From NCBI GenBank assembly GCA_039679675.1, contig JBDKUN010000055.1, forward strand, positions 1 through 64,000: a DNA stretch of 64,000 nt. The letters run 5' to 3'. The translations under genes were made by a program, and so were the position numbers. Shown here piece after piece: positions 20,369-29,023 of this stretch (the first letter of the stretch is position 1; every line of letters starts with the position of its first letter). The notes below the pieces were generated by a model. That model was given only the letters and a program-made list of their open reading frames with translations. It was not told where the DNA came from and did not search any database. This DNA is from Armatimonadota bacterium. Its GTDB lineage: Bacteria > Armatimonadota > UBA5829 > DTLH01.

Positions 20369-20401
20369 AAAAATCGAAGGGCTGGTGCGCACCAGCCCTT
20401 C
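20369..20401 (-). terminator. Intrinsic terminator ending the riboswitch operon
   Basis: GAAGGGCTGGTG-CG-CACCAGCCCTTC followed by GATTTTT on the minus strand. Confidence 0.7.
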
Positions 20402-20450
20402 TGTTCATAATGAATCTACTAGCCCATTCGTCTGCAATGCGCAGCCATTA

Positions 20451-21059
20451 TCACGATTTCGCTCTACGCCTGGTCACGAAGCCGATGAGTCCCAATGATC
20501 CACTTCCAAGTGCCAAAATGCTCGATGGTTCAGGTACTGACGGGGCAGATGTCGGCGTGCTCGGCGGTTCCGGTGAATGCCAATCGGCAGCGTAGCTCCA
20601 TCCGTCCCATGAGCCGTTTTTCAGCGGGCGCGTTGATATATCCCAGCCTGAATAGTTCCAGGTGCCCGGCAGAGTGCCGTTCGTCTCGGCTACATAATAT
20701 GCCCAATAGCTGGAGTCTAGGCCCTCTGCGTAGTGATTGACGGAACCGGACGCATAACCAACATTATCGACCGAGTAGCTGTTATAGCTCTCCCAGTATT
20801 CCACATAGGCGTCCAGCCTGTTGTCGAGCGCGAGCACCGCATCGAACATGTTTTTACCTGTGGCGGTCCCATCCCATCGATAGCCCCACACCATGGACTC
20901 GGGCTCCTTGCCGTCGTTCCAATCGATAACGAGAGCAGCCTTATTGCTGCCGCTTCCAGCCCAGAGCTGGATATCGTCGAACGAAAATGCGCTCGCTGCT
21001 GTCGAAACCATTGCGAGCAGCAGGATTGCAGCCAGCAATCCCAAGCCTTTCTTTATCAT
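20451..21059 (-). CDS. PEP-CTERM sorting-domain protein; putative cobamide-binding surface protein
   Basis: Signal peptide; C-terminal VPEPSS + TM + RRRAKS; last gene of the B12-riboswitch operon. Confidence 0.88.
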   Translation of the reverse strand: MIKKGLGLLAAILLLAMVSTAASAFSFDDIQLWAGSGSNKAALVIDWNDGKEPESMVWGYRWDGTATGKNMFDAVLALDNRLDAYVEYWESYNSYSVDNVGYASGSVNHYAEGLDSSYWAYYVAETNGTLPGTWNYSGWDISTRPLKNGSWDGWSYAADWHSPEPPSTPTSAPSVPEPSSILALGSGSLGLIGFVTRRRAKS

Positions 21060-21076
21060 TCTTCTTCTCCTTCTGA

Positions 21077-22558
21077 TTACTTTATCTGCATGTCAGCGCT
21101 ATTTCGGAGCATGACAATCGGAATTTGCTGATTGCCAGAGTTTTCGTTGGAATTTATCCCGGTAACTATGACAAAATTACTCGGTCCGGGCAGGACGAAG
21201 CCTGGGTCAGGCGTCAGACCGTTGTTCGGCTCGGCGGCTTTGGTGTCTCTCGGCGCAAGGCACTTGATATCTTGGCCGGAACCATCGCTGATCACAAACG
21301 ATTTAGCGGCGGAATCGACTGACTTTACCTTGCCCCAGGTCCGCACCAGAAGGCCTTTGGTGCTGAGTCCGGTTCCGGCAGCTGCTTTGTTAGTCATGCC
21401 AAGCGGCCTTACATCAGCAACAACGCTGCTGCCCTGGCCGTCTGTTTCGGCGAGGACGGATGTCGCCAGGATGACCCGCTCGCCGTCGATTGTGTCCATG
21501 TTGCCATAGACGGCGCTGAGCTTTTGCCCTCTGCCGAGTATTCTGCCCATCAGCTTGATGCCGCCGGACCTGTTTGCCTGCTGGATATAGCATGACCTGC
21601 TGGTTGCGTATGTTTCAGAGGACACGACCGCATCACTTAGCACAACGCGCGTTCCATCCTCGAGTTTTTTTGCTTCTCCGATGGAAATCGGAGTAATCTG
21701 ATGGCTTACCCGCGCAAAAGCATCCACTTCTCCGCCTGTCCCATCGACTCTGATATATTGAATCCATTTCAGCCCCGTCACAGGGTCCGCCGGTAAATTG
21801 GGTATGTCAGCAAGGTCAAAAGCAGTCCCTCCGCCGGAACCCTTATACAGGTCGATCCCTTGAGCGACAGACTTTTGGTCAAAACTCGTGACGGTCAGAC
21901 CGGGATCGACCGGACGGGTGAATTCGAGCTCTACTTCCGTGCCGGAGCTGTTCTTGAGCCACCTGTTTTCCACCCAGTCCCAGGCAAATGCCTGAGTCGG
22001 AGCATAGTCGTCGGCATAGGGGCCATTGGTGAACGAATACCATGTGATGCCGTCCTGGCTGACGCTAACCAGCATTGGCTCCCAGAAGCCGGACTGATCG
22101 CTGGATGCGTAGATGAGCAAGCTGTCCATATCAGTGGAGCTGCATATATACGAACCGCCGAAGTTGAATGAACTGTTGCCAAAGATAATGAAATCCCTGC
22201 CATACCAGTTCTGCGGGTCATCGTAGACCGGCGCGGCGAACTTTACCGTGATCTGACCGGCAGGCAGGGTCGAGCTCTTCGGCTTGATTGTGGCTACGAG
22301 CTTTTCACCCGACAGTCCCATATTCCAAGCAGAGCAGACCATCGAGACCGCGCACGGATAGGTGTCATTGGGCGAACCTGAGCTGTTCATCCACGTTGAC
22401 GGCTTGCCAAGCGTGGCCAGTGGATCGTCGTAAGGACTGTTTCCTAGGCGGGAATAGCTCACCACATCGGAAGCATACCAATCAGTGGCTATTGCGCAGC
22501 TGCCCAAAACAATTCCGAGCAGTAATGCAGCAGCCAGTCTTGCAAACTGGCATTTCAT
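21077..22558 (-). CDS. Secreted surface protein: putative B12-binding N-domain plus the shared terminal OB-like domain
   Basis: Signal peptide; ITVKF..DFIIFGN..EP..VSVSQDG..WY..AFDLAD..YIRV motifs; C-terminal CYIQQANRSGGIKL..GLSTKGLLVRTWGKV..FVISDGSG. Confidence 0.8.
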   Translation of the reverse strand: MKCQFARLAAALLLGIVLGSCAIATDWYASDVVSYSRLGNSPYDDPLATLGKPSTWMNSSGSPNDTYPCAVSMVCSAWNMGLSGEKLVATIKPKSSTLPAGQITVKFAAPVYDDPQNWYGRDFIIFGNSSFNFGGSYICSSTDMDSLLIYASSDQSGFWEPMLVSVSQDGITWYSFTNGPYADDYAPTQAFAWDWVENRWLKNSSGTEVELEFTRPVDPGLTVTSFDQKSVAQGIDLYKGSGGGTAFDLADIPNLPADPVTGLKWIQYIRVDGTGGEVDAFARVSHQITPISIGEAKKLEDGTRVVLSDAVVSSETYATSRSCYIQQANRSGGIKLMGRILGRGQKLSAVYGNMDTIDGERVILATSVLAETDGQGSSVVADVRPLGMTNKAAAGTGLSTKGLLVRTWGKVKSVDSAAKSFVISDGSGQDIKCLAPRDTKAAEPNNGLTPDPGFVLPGPSNFVIVTGINSNENSGNQQIPIVMLRNSADMQIK

Positions 22559-22579
22559 TTGCTTTTTCTCCTTGTCTTT

Positions 22580-23419
22580 TCAGTTCAGGTCGTAAGCCGA
22601 ATCATCTTCCGAAAGCCCGCCGGTATTGGGCGGACAGTCGAACACTTTTTGATTGATCCTCAGCCATGGAACGCTTGTAAAGTGAGTGTATTTCTCTCTG
22701 GTCGCCGCGGCATGTCCATCAGCGTATGCAACTGTCGCGGCTCCATTGTGTCGGTAGTTGACCGTTCCGGCCTGAAAGCACGCATCGCTTGGAGCGCGGA
22801 GGTAGTTCTGGGCGCTGATGGGATTGCCGAAGCCAGCGTCTGCAAAGACGACCGTTCTTGATGGATGTCTTATCTGGCTGAGGAGCGCGACTGTGTGCGG
22901 TCGGTCGGTGTAATCGTCGATATAGACATTGCCGTCGACTGTCATGTCGCCGCCGATATAGCTTGCGTTGTAAGCGTAGCCGGTATACGGCCGGTCCCAT
23001 TTACCGCCGTGAAAAGATGGGCAGCTTTTTATCTCTCCGCTCTTGCAATATGGGCCGAGAATCCCCTCTTTCCAGATGGAAGCGGTCCCTGTCTGCTTGA
23101 GATCAAAGTCCCAGGAGCGGACCCAGCCATCTGAAGACTGGTAATAGGATGGGCAGGCACGACCATCATTGTCATCCGCATACATGACCCAGGCAAGAGC
23201 AATTTGCTTGAGATTGGAGGCACACTTGGTCTGGCGGGCATTTTCTTTAACGGAGATGTACACAGGGAAAAGAATTGCCGCGAGGACGGCGATGATTGCT
23301 ATCACCACCAGCAGTTCTATAAGCGAAAAACCATATAAACCAAAACGGACTCCTCGCCCATTTCGGATTGTTTGGACGGGAGCCCGTAATACGCCTGTTG
23401 CGTCACTTGCTTCCAGCAT
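22580..23419 (-). CDS. Prepilin-type N-terminal cleavage/methylation protein, DUF1559/H-X9-DG family
   Basis: [42 protein letters not shown]-terminal [12 protein letters not shown] (H-X9-DG). GGAGG RBS before ATG 23419. Confidence 0.93.
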   Translation of the reverse strand: MLEASDATGVLRAPVQTIRNGRGVRFGLYGFSLIELLVVIAIIAVLAAILFPVYISVKENARQTKCASNLKQIALAWVMYADDNDGRACPSYYQSSDGWVRSWDFDLKQTGTASIWKEGILGPYCKSGEIKSCPSFHGGKWDRPYTGYAYNASYIGGDMTVDGNVYIDDYTDRPHTVALLSQIRHPSRTVVFADAGFGNPISAQNYLRAPSDACFQAGTVNYRHNGAATVAYADGHAAATREKYTHFTSVPWLRINQKVFDCPPNTGGLSEDDSAYDLN

Positions 23420-23446
23420 CTCAGCCTCCGAAGATGTGAAAATAAA

Positions 23447-23639
23447 TCGCAATCAGGCAGGTCTTCTGGCTCTCGGATCAATCTACTCCCGATTCCTTCC
23501 CGCAGTGTCCTATGAGTTTGTTGACACTGCAGTGGTAATTACCGGTTTCGTTCCCGATCACAGCGGCGGGCCCGCGACGGCTTTATACCGTCTTCCCTCT
23601 TCGTCCCGGAAAACATTCCGGAAAACCTGACCGCGCAAT
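23447..23639 (-). ncRNA. Cobalamin (B12) riboswitch
   Basis: Minus strand: CAGGT..AGAGGGAAGACGGTATAAAGCCGTCGCGGGCCCGCCGCTGTGA..CCACTG..GCGGGAAGG..GAGCCAGAAGACCTGCCTG. All conserved B12-element blocks, including the B12 box, occur in order. Confidence 0.95.
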
Positions 23640-23658
23640 ATTCAATTTTATCCTGTGT

Positions 23659-23687
23659 ATTATGGCACAAGAGCATAAGCAAGTCAA
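23659..23687 (-). promoter_or_regulatory. Sigma70-type promoter driving the riboswitch leader
   Basis: TTGACT-N17-CATAAT with TG at the extended -10 position. Confidence 0.7.
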
Positions 23688-23727
23688 TATGCTTGCCAGG
23701 TGAATTTACGCCATAAGTGCTGTAAAA

Positions 23728-24342
23728 TCATAAAAACTGCTGCTGATCTCTCGTCCGCCCGATGGCCAGGTAGAACTCAGGCTCATCTACAACCTCAATG
23801 CCAACATATCCGGCGTTTTCCAGCAATGACTGCATCGTTCCGGCATCCGGGACCCTGTCTTCTGTCACTACAGCCCCGGCTTCGCTGTGCACTTTGTTCA
23901 CTGCTTCACGGCCTGTCGGGTGCGATATGATTACCATCCCGCCGGGCTTAAGCATCTGCAGAATTCTGTAAAGCACCTTGATCTTATTGCTGAAATGAGG
24001 GAAGACAGCATTGCACATCACCCTGTCGTACGAATGGTCCGGGCAAGAGAACTTCTCTATATCAGCCAGTTGAAACTCCACGCAGCCCGGAAACCCTTTG
24101 GAATGGGCCACTCGGAGCATACCCTGCGAAATATCGATAGCCTTTATGCTGCCTATTCCATTCATGGCCTTCAACAAGCAGGGAATAATGACTCCAGTGC
24201 CGGTGCCTACATCGAGAATATCCATTCCGGGCTTTACACCTGCCATACGAACAACGCTGTCCAACCGAATGCGGATGTCGTCAAGCTCCATGCTGTCCCA
24301 TCTGTCGGCATATGAGTCAAAATACTCGGCTTGGCTTATCAT
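23728..24342 (-). CDS. Class I SAM-dependent methyltransferase
   Basis: ILDVGTGTG motif I, AIDIS, LKPGG; overlaps the permease stop. Confidence 0.9.
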   Translation of the reverse strand: MISQAEYFDSYADRWDSMELDDIRIRLDSVVRMAGVKPGMDILDVGTGTGVIIPCLLKAMNGIGSIKAIDISQGMLRVAHSKGFPGCVEFQLADIEKFSCPDHSYDRVMCNAVFPHFSNKIKVLYRILQMLKPGGMVIISHPTGREAVNKVHSEAGAVVTEDRVPDAGTMQSLLENAGYVGIEVVDEPEFYLAIGRTRDQQQFL

Positions 24343-25181
24343 ATTTCACCTTCATCTACAGTAATTTTTCGGGCGCGTCTCTTGGGCGAGAATACATTCG
24401 CCAGAATAAAGAGCGCGCAGGATGCAAGTATTATGAGTGCTCCGGTGGGCAGGTTCAGCTTCCATGAAATCGCAAGCCCTATCCAACCCGATGCCACACC
24501 GAAAACCGCCGCAATAATGAACATCTTTTTCAAGCTGTATGTAAGTTGGTAAGCCGCAGCAGCGGGGTTCACTATCAGGCTGAATACCAAAAGCCCGCCT
24601 ATAGCATTGAGCGAAGCGGTTGTGGTAAGTCCGCTCAAGACCAGTATCCCGTAGAAAACCCATGTCGCGGGCAGACCGAGCGACCTGGCGAGCTCTCTGT
24701 TGAAGACAACCGTCTGAAGTTCCTTGAAAAAGAGCTTTACCAGAAGAGCTGCACCGGCTGCAACCGCCGCAAGGAGATAGAGGCTTCCTGTGGTAACGGT
24801 GAGCACACTTCCCCACAAGAGACCGAGCGCCTCAGCCTTTGGCCCGGGAATTATGGAAAGGAGCAGGAACGATATTCCCAATGCCGATGAAAAGACTATC
24901 CCTATTGCCGTATCAGGCGCAAAGTCGCCGCGGTCGGCAAGCGGGCCGAGCGCTCCGGCGGCGATAAGACTTGCGATAATTGCAAGCCACATCGGATTCG
25001 CGCTGATGACCAGCCCAAGCAGTGCCCCGGCAAATGCGGCATGACTCATACATACCCCCAGAAACGATATGCGCATTGTGACGACCAGCACGCCGACCAC
25101 TGAACAGGCAATTCCGGCAAAAAGTGCCGCAAGTATTGCCCTCTGCAAAAACGGATCATTAAACGCCTCAAGCATTGGCAA
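24339..25181 (-). CDS. Metal ABC transporter permease (ZnuB/MntB family)
   Basis: FLQRAILA, MSHAAFAG, LLWGSVL, GGLLVFSLIVNPAAAA. Confidence 0.93.
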   Translation of the reverse strand: MPMLEAFNDPFLQRAILAALFAGIACSVVGVLVVTMRISFLGVCMSHAAFAGALLGLVISANPMWLAIIASLIAAGALGPLADRGDFAPDTAIGIVFSSALGISFLLLSIIPGPKAEALGLLWGSVLTVTTGSLYLLAAVAAGAALLVKLFFKELQTVVFNRELARSLGLPATWVFYGILVLSGLTTTASLNAIGGLLVFSLIVNPAAAAYQLTYSLKKMFIIAAVFGVASGWIGLAISWKLNLPTGALIILASCALFILANVFSPKRRARKITVDEGEI

Positions 25182-25262
25182 ACTCCTTATAGAATTTCAG
25201 GTATAAGTGTAAAATCAACAGATAAAGCTATATCAGGGAACTGTTTATATAGCTGTAAGGCT

Positions 25263-25976
25263 TTACTTTATCTTCTGAAACTCTGTAGATGTGACTATAT
25301 CGGCCACCGAGCCGTGTTTCATAACGATGATCCGCTCGCACAGTTCTGCGAGCATTTCTGCATCGTGTGAGACGACTATTGTGGTCAGACCGGTTTCGTT
25401 GTGCACACTTTTCACGATATTTCTCACACGCTGCTGAGATTTTGAGTCCAGGAAAGTGGTCGGCTCGTCCAGAAGCAAAAGTTCCGGTTCCTGAGCCAGC
25501 GCTCTGGCAAGGTTTATTCTCTGCTGCTCGCCGCCGGAAAGCTGTCCGAACGGCCTTGATGAGAGATGCATGGCATCGACACGCTCCAAAGCCCGCATTG
25601 CGGCATCTTTATCAGCCTTTTTCGGGTGGCTGAAGAGTCCTATCCGGCCATATCTCCCCATCATGACGACTTCTCCTGCCGTAATCGGCATTCTGGAATC
25701 GACATCCAGAGTCTGGTACACGCAGGCGGTCTTGCGGCGGATTTCTCTGTAACTTGCGGCAACGAGATCCAGCCCCAGCACACTTGCTGAGCCGGAACTG
25801 ACCGGAAGCAGGCCTTGAATGGCTCTCAAAAGCGTCGTCTTCCCGGAGCCGTTCGGACCGGAAACACCTATAATCTTCCCGGTATCGATGCCGAACGTGA
25901 TGCCGCTAAGCGTACGACTGCCCCGGTACCCTGCGCAGACGTTTTCAAACTTGACTGCAGGATGTTGCGCGGTCAT
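25263..25976 (-). CDS. Metal ABC transporter ATP-binding protein (ZnuC/MntA family)
   Basis: GPNGSGKT, LSGGEQQR, LLLLDEP, VSHD. Confidence 0.95.
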   Translation of the reverse strand: MTAQHPAVKFENVCAGYRGSRTLSGITFGIDTGKIIGVSGPNGSGKTTLLRAIQGLLPVSSGSASVLGLDLVAASYREIRRKTACVYQTLDVDSRMPITAGEVVMMGRYGRIGLFSHPKKADKDAAMRALERVDAMHLSSRPFGQLSGGEQQRINLARALAQEPELLLLDEPTTFLDSKSQQRVRNIVKSVHNETGLTTIVVSHDAEMLAELCERIIVMKHGSVADIVTSTEFQKIK

Positions 25977-26809
25977 CTTTTCCGAATTCCCCTCATCAGC
26001 CGGTTTACGTTATTCTGCAGGCATTTGTCCCATGTATCTGTGTTTGTGAAGCCGCCAGGGAAGTTGGACAGTATCACATGAGACGCGCCGATGTCCTTCG
26101 CAAGCTCTTTACCCGCTGCCGGGCCGCTCTGGAGGTTGTCTATCACGAGCTTCACGTGTTTCTTTCGAGCATCAGTAGTCAGCTTGTGAAGTCCGGCCGG
26201 AGTGAACTCTTCGGCGCGGGCGTACGTTCCGACTACTTTAAATCCCATCCATTTTACGAATGCTTCCTGCTGATTTGAACACAACACTGCAAAGCTGGAC
26301 GTCCCCATGGTTTTCGATTCCTTGATAGACTTGGCAGCCAGCTTCTTTGCCCTTGTTTCGAGCGATGATAAGGACTTTCGATATTCAGCAGAATGCTTCG
26401 GATCGGTCTTGCACAACGTATCACAAACGCGCTTTGCGCCGAAAACATAGACATCCGGGACCATCCAGTTGCCGGATGTGGAAATCTTGACGAGTTTCGG
26501 CTTGTTCCTGCCCATGGATTTCAGAATATTGTCGATGAAACCCTCATAGCCATGAGTCAGTACCAGCTTGCTCGATGACAGCTTGCGGATGTCCTGAGGA
26601 CAGATATCATAGTGCCCTGGGCAGCTTCCGGGCGGAATGAGGACATTAACGCTGACGAATTTTCCGCCGATTTCTCTGACTGCAGACTGCAAAAGACTGG
26701 TCGAAACGACTACATTCAGTCTGCCTGCTGCAACTGCAGGCAGACTGACCATTCCCCAGACTATTATCAAAGCCGCGAATAGTCTCACAGCAGGTATTTT
26801 CAATTTCAT
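25973..26809 (-). CDS. Metal ABC transporter substrate-binding protein (ZnuA/TroA cluster A-I fold, atypical ligands)
   Basis: Signal peptide; LNVVVST..IGGKFVSVNVLIPPGSCPGHYD.. Confidence 0.85.
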   Translation of the reverse strand: MKLKIPAVRLFAALIIVWGMVSLPAVAAGRLNVVVSTSLLQSAVREIGGKFVSVNVLIPPGSCPGHYDICPQDIRKLSSSKLVLTHGYEGFIDNILKSMGRNKPKLVKISTSGNWMVPDVYVFGAKRVCDTLCKTDPKHSAEYRKSLSSLETRAKKLAAKSIKESKTMGTSSFAVLCSNQQEAFVKWMGFKVVGTYARAEEFTPAGLHKLTTDARKKHVKLVIDNLQSGPAAGKELAKDIGASHVILSNFPGGFTNTDTWDKCLQNNVNRLMRGIRKR

Positions 26810-26821
26810 ATAACAAGCTCC

Positions 26822-27520
26822 TTAAGGTGTCTTTCTGCCGTCGCTGAACCTGGCAATCACTCCGTTTTCGTTCGCCGGGTACCATTGGTCTCTTGGAAGA
26901 GGCAGCATCCGGTTGCCGGTCTCGACCAGCCCCTGGTCCCCGCCGGGACCGACGCTCCAGACTGCCCAAATTACCGGCGGTGTTTTGGGATAGGTCTTTC
27001 CGTTATCATAGGCATATATTTGTCCTGCATATTTGTAATAAAGGATGCAGTCTTTTCTGCATGCGGGGTAGTCCCGCGGAATCCACATCGAAAACCAGGG
27101 CGGAGCTTTTGGATTGAAAGTTACGCCCGAGTATCCCCAGTTGATAGCGACATATTTGTAAGTCCTGCCAAGCTGACCGTCGCCGTCGCGAGTGCGGTTG
27201 AACGGGTCATACATCTTGGGAACAGGCAGATAATGCATCTTGGCAAGCTCCTGGGGGATCTCGTAATAGTCCCACTTCGCGCTTCCCGAACAGCACGATC
27301 TCACCGGCGGAAGCCCTCCGCAATCATCATTATACATATCGATAGCAGCGGCAATCTGCTTCAAATCCGAATGAACGCGGGTTACCTTTGACCGCAAAGT
27401 CGCCCGCACCATGATCGGAAAAAGTATCGCTGCAAGCACCGCTATTATAGCTATCACGACAAGCAGTTCTATGAGAGTAAACCCATGGTTACTCCTGTCG
27501 GCAATTCTGGCATGTATCAC
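26822..27520 (-). CDS. Prepilin-type N-terminal cleavage/methylation (pseudopilin-like) protein
   Basis: [36 protein letters not shown], GspG-like C-terminal WSVGPGGD; overlaps the upstream stop. Confidence 0.92.
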   Translation of the reverse strand: MIHARIADRSNHGFTLIELLVVIAIIAVLAAILFPIMVRATLRSKVTRVHSDLKQIAAAIDMYNDDCGGLPPVRSCCSGSAKWDYYEIPQELAKMHYLPVPKMYDPFNRTRDGDGQLGRTYKYVAINWGYSGVTFNPKAPPWFSMWIPRDYPACRKDCILYYKYAGQIYAYDNGKTYPKTPPVIWAVWSVGPGGDQGLVETGNRMLPLPRDQWYPANENGVIARFSDGRKTP

Positions 27521-28863
27521 GGTGTGATAGTCTGAATGTCCTGTTTGTCGGCAAGAAGCAGAAGCGGGGTTCCGCCGGAATTTGCCGCAACAGCCGTAAT
27601 TACCGCATCCGTATCAGGAGCGGGCATTTTTACACCGTTCGTCCTGACATAGATAATCTTGCCGGCATCATCGGTGAGGCTGTATGTGCCGTCACCCTGA
27701 TCTGTACCGACTTTAGCGAATACGCGGACAAGCAGCCCGTTGACATCGAGCCCTCTCTCGCCCCAAAGTGTCGGACTTGTAACAAATACCGGCCTCGGTG
27801 CGTCGGCGCTGACCGGCGCATTGGCGTTAAGCGATAGATACGTCGGGTTTATTCCGTTTTCATCATTGACTGAGCCCTGTACGCAGACGACATCGCCTGG
27901 TTTGAATGTACGATTGCTTATTATTCTGACACCGCCTGCTCTCTCTGGGTCCTGAATATAAAAATAACCATCATAGACTCTGGAAACGACCTTATTTACG
28001 AGAGCAACCCTCTCGCTCGTGTTCCTGTTGCTTACCTCACGGCATCCGTTCAGAGCAATGGCAATGTCACTGGATCTCTTTACCCAGATTCGATAACCGT
28101 CGGTGTAGGGAGATACGCCATTATCTTCCTGATCGAATATCCCGACTACATTCAGTTTGCCGGATGGTTGTCCATACGAGTTGAAATCACCTTGAGCGGA
28201 GAGAAACATCCCGACAGAGCCGGTAGCGTCGTTGATGGTAAGCAGATTGCCGCTGCCCCAGGTGCCGCTGGATATCTGCACGCCATGCAGCATTGTATAA
28301 CGGGTCTGATAGCGCTCGCCGCCGCCCGACCGTGTCGAGTCGAAGTAGTTGCAACTGGAAACCGATGGAACCAGTTCCGGGTCAGGGAGTCCTGTGTGCC
28401 CTATAATATCCACATGCCAGACAAGATAAGGCGCGCCGCCATGCCCACGGTTATTTATAACCACCTTGCCTCTGCCCATGTCTGCAAGAAGGCCCGTAAT
28501 TCGCAGCCGGTCACCTGCTGCGAAGTCGATATAGTCAGTTGTCCTAAGCTGCGCCCACATCGTATCGCCATAAAGGAACTTGCCGCTCCATGCCTGGAGC
28601 CCGCCTCTGTCGCTCGTATCATCTTGAATGAAGACTGTATATTGCGAAGCAGGGTCGAGAATCTCATTCGAACCGGCCAAAGCCACGCCTTCTACAACGA
28701 TTTTGCTTGCAGGATCGGTTTCAGGATAGCTTGTTGCGGGATGTGTCCCTAAACCAACAGAGTCCACAGCTTCATATTCCCACAGTGAATCCGCTGTGCA
28801 GACCGGGCAGCTCACTGCAGCAAACAACACAGCTATTATGAGCCAAACAGCGACCTTCTTCAT
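27517..28863 (-). CDS. Secreted protein with OB-fold-like repeats and the shared terminal domain
   Basis: Signal peptide; C-terminal VVSRVYDGYFYIQDPERAGGVRI..GLDVNGLLVRVFAKV..YSLTDDAG..PLLLLADKQDIQ. Confidence 0.85.
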   Translation of the reverse strand: MKKVAVWLIIAVLFAAVSCPVCTADSLWEYEAVDSVGLGTHPATSYPETDPASKIVVEGVALAGSNEILDPASQYTVFIQDDTSDRGGLQAWSGKFLYGDTMWAQLRTTDYIDFAAGDRLRITGLLADMGRGKVVINNRGHGGAPYLVWHVDIIGHTGLPDPELVPSVSSCNYFDSTRSGGGERYQTRYTMLHGVQISSGTWGSGNLLTINDATGSVGMFLSAQGDFNSYGQPSGKLNVVGIFDQEDNGVSPYTDGYRIWVKRSSDIAIALNGCREVSNRNTSERVALVNKVVSRVYDGYFYIQDPERAGGVRIISNRTFKPGDVVCVQGSVNDENGINPTYLSLNANAPVSADAPRPVFVTSPTLWGERGLDVNGLLVRVFAKVGTDQGDGTYSLTDDAGKIIYVRTNGVKMPAPDTDAVITAVAANSGGTPLLLLADKQDIQTITP

Positions 28864-28894
28864 TTAACTGCTCCCTTCAGCCTGCCTCACTATA

Positions 28895-28968
28895 GTGCTA
28901 CGATATTTGACATAGTAGCACGCCCGCTTGCTGTATGTCTAGTGTTACGGATAATAAATTAGTAGCAA
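28895..28968. promoter_or_regulatory. Two tandem NikR-type operators over the promoter of the metal cassette
   Basis: GTGCTA-N15-TAGCAC (28895-28921, perfect inverted half-sites) and GTGTTA-N15-TAGCAA (28942-28968), between nikR and the first gene. Confidence 0.8.
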
Positions 28969-29023
28969 CTATCAGGAACTTATCATCTGTGGATAGAATA
29001 TGAGCTTGTGGAATGTTTTGCCG

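Noticed and set aside
23419..23452. ORF-track start at 23452 for the prepilin gene
   Set aside because: It overlaps the riboswitch P1 stem, while ATG 23419 has a GGAGG RBS.
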